Below are positions 20,165 to 20,274 of a stretch of DNA of 20,274 nucleotides, one piece after another. The stretch spans positions 1-20,274 of the forward strand of contig NW_021824006.1 of NCBI RefSeq assembly GCF_006345805.1, in the 5' to 3' direction. Below the pieces are notes generated by a model that saw nothing but the letters and a program-made list of their open reading frames with translations, was not told the DNA's origin and ran no database searches. Source of the stretch: Octopus sinensis (lineage: Eukaryota). Position numbers and translations under genes: made by a program. Within the stretch, counting starts at the first letter, position 1; every line of letters starts with the position of its first letter.

Positions 20165-20274
20165 GCACACTGCTTAACAAGAGGAGCTGGTATAATTATG
20201 TCCCCGTTACTTGGCGGCTCAACTAAAAAGACTATTGGATAAGTAACTTTTAGAATACGAACAAGTACCGGAAT
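20165..20274 (+). mobile_element. SINE family B 3' half, truncated by the window edge
   Basis: TGCTTAACAA..GCTGGT..TGTCCCCGTTACTTGGCGGCTC..AAAAGAC..GATAAGTA matches the recalled consensus and the reverse complement of 4741-4835. Confidence 0.55.

Overview
AT-rich eukaryotic non-coding DNA, most likely from a coleoid cephalopod (Octopus-like). This assignment rests on the extreme microsatellite density and on SINEs that match my recollection of Octopus SINE families; it was not searched. No protein-coding gene can be confidently identified, and nearly all ORFs in the supplied track are translations of simple repeats. The window holds about 7 copies or fragments of one tRNA-derived SINE family, two pairs of which are closely inverted. 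It also has three pieces of a second SINE family, a 122-bp foldback/MITE-like element, a probable decayed Tx1/L1-clade LINE 3' end, and many di-, tri- and tetranucleotide arrays. Several minus-strand segments carry plausible splice signals (10612-10678, 8943-9074, 1340-1437 and 1-728) and could be exons of an unrecognised gene or lncRNA, but no fully consistent model could be built. The most interesting items are potential RNA secondary structures: inverted SINE pairs as possible ADAR substrates, a double hairpin with an alternative pairing, and a pre-miRNA-like hairpin. I found no evidence for a new multi-gene system.
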